DNA of 64,000 nt, from the NCBI GenBank assembly GCA_964106645.2, contig OZ067043.1. One strand, given 5' to 3'. The DNA is from Podarcis pityusensis. Taxonomy: Eukaryota. This document shows, in pieces, positions 59,300 to 64,000 of this stretch; positions within the stretch are counted from its first letter, which is position 1, and each line of letters begins with the position of its first letter. The notes beneath the pieces are model-generated. The model was given only the letters and a program-made list of their open reading frames with translations. It was not told where the DNA came from and searched no databases. A program made the position numbers and the translations under genes.

Positions 59300-61100
59300 G
59301 AGATTCAAAACGGCCGCAACGGAGCCTGCTTTTCCGTCCGTGCAGTCTCTGCCTGCCTCAGATTATTCACCTGCTGCCATGTCATCAGTTCCTTCCTGAC
59401 GGTAAAACGAGGCAAAAAAAAAAGGGGGGGAAGCCACATAATATCTGTTTAAATTATATATACTTTAAAAAGCGGCAAGTTTCACATTTTGACGCTGTGT
59501 GGGTTCCTTAGCCCGGTTTCTATTGCGGCGCTTGGAGCAGCCCGCGAAGCAAAAGGCTCTCCAGCCGGACCTGCGACTGGAGAGGGAAACGGGGCGCAGG
59601 ATTCGGCCGCTGCTCCGCGTGGCGTCCGCCAGGCAGTAACCCTGCGGGGCCGCGCGCACGCTGCGTGTGTATACACGTGTGTTTACACATTGGGCCATGT
59701 GAACGTGCCAGCTGCTGCCCCTTCCCTTGTCTCGGGAGGCCGTCGCGGAGCAGCGACATTCGGGAGGCTTCTCTTCCCCGTCCCTTGCGAGCCCTCAGCC
59801 CCGCCGCGAGACCCAAGCTCCCCGGCCAGGCCCTCCGCGACGCTCCGGAGAGACAGGCGGGCGACCGACGAAATGGGGTCCTGCGTCTTTAAGAGCCCCT
59901 TTGTCTCTGAAACATCCTTATTTACCCTCCTGTGATTCAACCAAACTTAACCCCCCTCTTCCTCCCCCCGCGATTCACAAAGCCCACGGATGTCACAGCT
60001 CCGGGGGCGGAGCTAACGTATTCCCCGGACCCTCCTTCCGAGACTCCGCTTCTGGTTTTTATAGGATTTGGTTAGCTTCCGCAAGTGCCGTAAACTAGCA
60101 GTTCGGGGGAAACAAGAGACGGCAAACGCGTCTGCTTTGGCTGCCACGCCGTTAGGGACGAACTGTTCCGAAGAATCTTCGGATTCTCGGGAAAACTAAA
60201 AACAACAACAACAACCACCCCACACAATCTGACGCGTCACTAGCGTAAATCAGTGAGAGGGTTCCCGCTCTTTCGTGTTACGTAGATGACGCCGAGAAGA
60301 AAAGGAACCGTCCAAGAAAACTTTCGGGAGCCCCCTTGCGCAGGTAGCGTAAACGTGCTCGCTGAATGGCGACTCGTCGTAGGGCGGCCCAAGCCGGGAG
60401 TGGGAAGGAAATAGTGTCTGGCGGGCGGCTGAGCCAACGGCAGCGCGGGGCGGGGCGAGCTCGGCGGCCAATGGCGGCCGGGGGGGCGTGTCAGGTACCG
60501 GTTGGGGTGTCTCGCGCTTGGTGACAGCTCGCGCGTGCTGATGATGGCGGTAAATAAAGGGGCCGGAGGGGGGGAGGGGGCTTTACCCCCTTGGGGGCTC
60601 AAACCCTAAATGTGGGGGAAGTGAAAGACCCACAGCTGGGGTGGAGAGGGGTGCTTCATCCGCGGCCCAGGGAGGCTGAGGGTAGAGGGGGGGCTTGACC
60701 CCCGATTTGGGGTGGGAGGTTTGAGGGGGCTCCACCCCTTTGGGGCTCAAATTCCATATTGGGGGTGGGGGTTGTGCTGCTTTAAGCCCCTCCTTCCTGT
60801 TTGGAGAGAATTTCGCCTCCCCGCCTGGCCAGGCCGACGGAGGGGAAGAGGTCTTGACCCCTAAGCAGGAGAGGGGCTGGAGGAGGAATGCCCCCCCCGC
60901 CAGATGGGAGGTTGCGCGCACCGAAGGGGAGGCGGGCATGGACCTCCTCTTGGGGAAAGAGGTCCAGGGAGCTTGCCCTGCGTGAGGGCAGAAAAGGGCA
61001 CCAACCTCACCAACTGGGGGGGGGGGGGGAGCGGCTATGACAGGATTTGCCGCCTGTGGCTGAACAGGCAAAGGCAGCAGCCGACTAGCTGGTTTTTTAA
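59300..61100 (+). promoter_or_regulatory. CpG island; probable promoter and non-coding first exon of the next gene (USP49 by mammalian synteny)
   Basis: Dense CpG, GC box near 60003, palindrome TGACGCGTCA 60230-60239, CCAAT near 60468, candidate donors cag|gtagcg (~60344) and cag|gtaccg (~60496). Gene identity rests on synteny only; no USP49 coding sequence seen. Confidence 0.55.
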
Positions 61101-62940
61101 ATGCTCAAGCCAGACTGCCTTGGTTGGAGAGACACGGGGTTCTTGTACAATCTGAGCGCCAGGGGTATATGTTGGACAGGGGGAACCTGAAGGCTCAGGC
61201 AGAGAAACAAAAGCGAAAAGAAACCCGAGGGTTGGGAGGACTGAGTCAAGAACAATTTAGAAATTAAAGTTGTAGGGACCCTCAAAGGAGGCATTGGAAG
61301 GGGAGAGAGGAAATTAAGGGCTGGTGTGTATGGTATAGCTGCTGAGATCTAAGACAAGAAGCTCCCCATTTTAATGCTTGTGAAACGAATAGGGCCCTTA
61401 ATGGCTAGAAAGCAGCAGCAAGAGAGTTAGAAGTTTGAGTTTGAGGATGCCAGACTTGGAACAAGGATTGTAGTGAGGAATATTACATTGTTGCGGGTGC
61501 TAGCACAGGCAACGTGGAAGAGAGCTAAAATAACGATGGGCAAGCAGGGTGGTGCACGTTGGTATTGCTAAGCTGCGAGCAGTTCTTTGTTTGCTGGAAG
61601 ATGCTTAGGTGGTTCACTTCAAGTGTGATGTTTCTAACTTCTTTTTTCAGAGCATTGTGCTCTGACTCGGATTGATCTATTATCACTTAATCCCACAGGG
61701 TTTCCTTCCCTCTGCTCCAAGTTAAGAACATTAGTATGAAATCGGTTTGAGAGAAAGCATTGTACTAAAGTACTTTGGAACTCATTTCTGTTGTTGGTTT
61801 GATTATATGTGTAGCAGTGCTGAAGAAGTTGTTCCAGGGATGGAACCATATGATGGAACTTGGGTGTCCCTGGAGTTAATGCAAATGAGAACACTTAGCC
61901 TTACAGGATGCTTCCAGCTTTCGTAATAACTCATTTGCAAACGCTGTTTGTCACACAGCAACTATGCTATTGAAGTCAGTGCTGTTATGCTGCCCTTGTA
62001 TGAAAAAAGAATGGGATTCTGAAGATAATGATTTTCGTGTAGTGCTGTTCTCTCCCCTTTTATAAATAAATTGTATATATTACCACATTAAAGTTAAAGG
62101 AAGGTTTTACATGCTTTAAAAAGCATTTTTATTGAACACATCAGCACATGTGAAAGAATGTTAAAAGTCTGTTTTATGTTACATTAACTAGTTTTTTTGC
62201 CAGATGAGCATGATCTTGTAGGGGGAAAGCAGCTAGTGAGGAGCTGTGTGTTTCATGCATACTTAAAGATTGCAGTGTTAAGCCTGACGTTCTTGCTATT
62301 TCAGAATGTGTTGGTTCTTTGATCTTTGAGAGAAGGAAGTAAGACTTTTTGTTTACTTCATCAAAGTTTTCCATTTTTCTACTCCCCCCCCCCCCCCATT
62401 GTTAGTGGAAAAAGGGGTAGGGCTAAGCATTAACTTTAAACTAGGTGGTTTGTTAAATGATGTCAAAAAAATAAGAGATGTCAAGTCAGGCATCTCTAGT
62501 TCCTTTCAATGTTCCTAAGGCTTTTGAGAAGCCTTGTGTTTTTCTTTGGTTGTGTTAAGCCCAATTTTATTGTGAAGAAACAAGTTTTATCCCTCCCCCA
62601 ATAAAGCAAGTTTTAATTTCATGCTGAAATACTGGAAACTTTAAACACACACCAAATTAATAATATTTGTCAACGAAATTTTTAATTCCTGTTTGAAATC
62701 TATTTTCTCCAGTTTATTTAGAACTGAAACATTTGTAGGATATAGGTAGGAAAATGTTTTATTTCTAAATAAAGTGCAGAATATGAATGTACCATGTTTT
62801 TAATGATACATGTTTCTTCCTTGCCCCTTTACTAATCTGTAAAAAAATAAATAAATCTAGATAGTCTTTTAAAAGGCGTTAACAGTAAATACATTTTAAT
62901 ATAATTTCAACTTAATCAAATTTAAGTTTAGTTCTATCCC

Positions 62941-64000
62941 TTGTTGTTGTTTAGTCGTTTAGTCGTGTCCGACTCTTCGTGACCCCATGGACAAGAGCAC
63001 GTCAGGCACTTCTGTCCTCCACTGTCTCCCGCAGTTTGGTCAGACTCATGTTTGTAGCTTCGAGAACACTGTCCAACCATCTCGTCCTCTGTCGTCCCCT
63101 TCTCCTTGTGCCCTCAATCTTTCCCAATATCAGGGTCTTTTCCAGGGAGTCTTCTCTTCTCATGAGGTGGCCAAAGTATTGGAGCCTCAGCTTCAGGATC
63201 TGTCCTTCCAGTGAGCACTCAGGGCTAATTTCCTTAAGAATGGATGCGTTTGATCTTCTTGCAATCCATGGGACTCTCAAGAGTCTCCTCCAGCACCATA
63301 ATTCAAAAGCATCAATTCTTCTTGATGGTCCAGCTCTCACTTCCATACATCACTACTGGGAAAACCATGGCTTTAACTATGCGGACCTTTGTTGGCAAGG
63401 TGATGTCTCTGCTTTTTAAGATGCTGTCTAGGTTTGCCATCGCCTTTCTCCCAAGGAGCAGGCGTCTTTTAATTTCGTGACTGCTGTCACCATCTGCAGT
63501 GATCATGGAGCCCAAGAAAGTAAAATCTCTCACTGCCTCCATTTCTTCCCCTTCTATTTGCCAGGAGGTGATGGGCCCAGTGGCCATGATCTTCGTTTTT
63601 TTGATGTTGAGCTTCAGACCATATTTTGCGCTCTCCTCTTTCACCCTCATTAAAAGGTTCTTTAATTCCTCCTCACTTTCTGCCATCAATGTTGTGTCAT
63701 CTGCATATCTGAGGTTGTTGATATTTTTTCCGGCAATCTTAATTCCGGCTTGGGATTCATCCAGCCCAGCCTTTCGCATGATGAATTCTGCATATAAGTT
63801 AAATAAGCAGGGAGACAATATACAGCCTTGCCGTACTCCTTTCCCAATTTTGAACCAATCAGTTGTTCCATATCCAGTTCTAACTGTAGCTTCTTGTCCC
63901 ACATAGAGATTTCTCAGGAGACAGATGAGGTGATCAGGCACTCCCATTTCTTTAAGAACTAGCCATAGTTTGCTGTGGTCGACACAGTCAAAGGCTTTTG
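62941..64000 (-). mobile_element. BovB/RTE-clade LINE, 3' part (RT domain and 3' end), inactivated; continues beyond the window
   Basis: KGVRQGCILSPCLFNLY and NNLRYADDTTLMAESEEEL (RT); RIDAFELWCWRRLLRVPW; tail GTCGGACACGACTAAACGACTAAAC(AAC)n; frameshift near 63320 and stop at 63002-63004. Confidence 0.95.

Noticed and set aside
59465-61155. ORFs in the distal CpG island as USP49 coding sequence
   Set aside because: No ZnF-UBP or USP catalytic motifs; low-complexity GC-driven ORFs

Overview
Vertebrate genomic DNA, very likely a squamate and probably a lacertid lizard (inferred from the Sauria SINE, BovB, L2, CR1 and MITE content). Three complete intron-containing genes were reconstructed by hand from splice sites and reading phase. 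CCND3 (+) has 5 coding exons over 1715-21474 and encodes 292 aa. BYSL (-) has 7 coding exons over 34629-27020 and encodes 444 aa. MED20 (+) has 4 coding exons over 36210-46768 and encodes 212 aa. BYSL and MED20 are head-to-head; CCND3 and BYSL are tail-to-tail. A CpG island at about 59.3-61.1 kb is probably the USP49 promoter, based on mammalian synteny only. The rest is intronic or intergenic DNA with many retroelement and DNA-transposon fragments and one 200-N gap. No prokaryotic-type system is present, and I cannot show a genuinely new system. The best leads are: (1) a cyclin D1b-like intron-4 read-through of CCND3 with a nearby poly(A) signal; (2) an expanded three-module BYSL/MED20 bidirectional promoter with candidate upstream exons and a 75-codon ORF; (3) a Tc1/mariner MITE in MED20 intron 2 built almost entirely from serial hairpins; (4) a decayed, unidentified retroelement- or virus-like segment at 56.4-58.1 kb.
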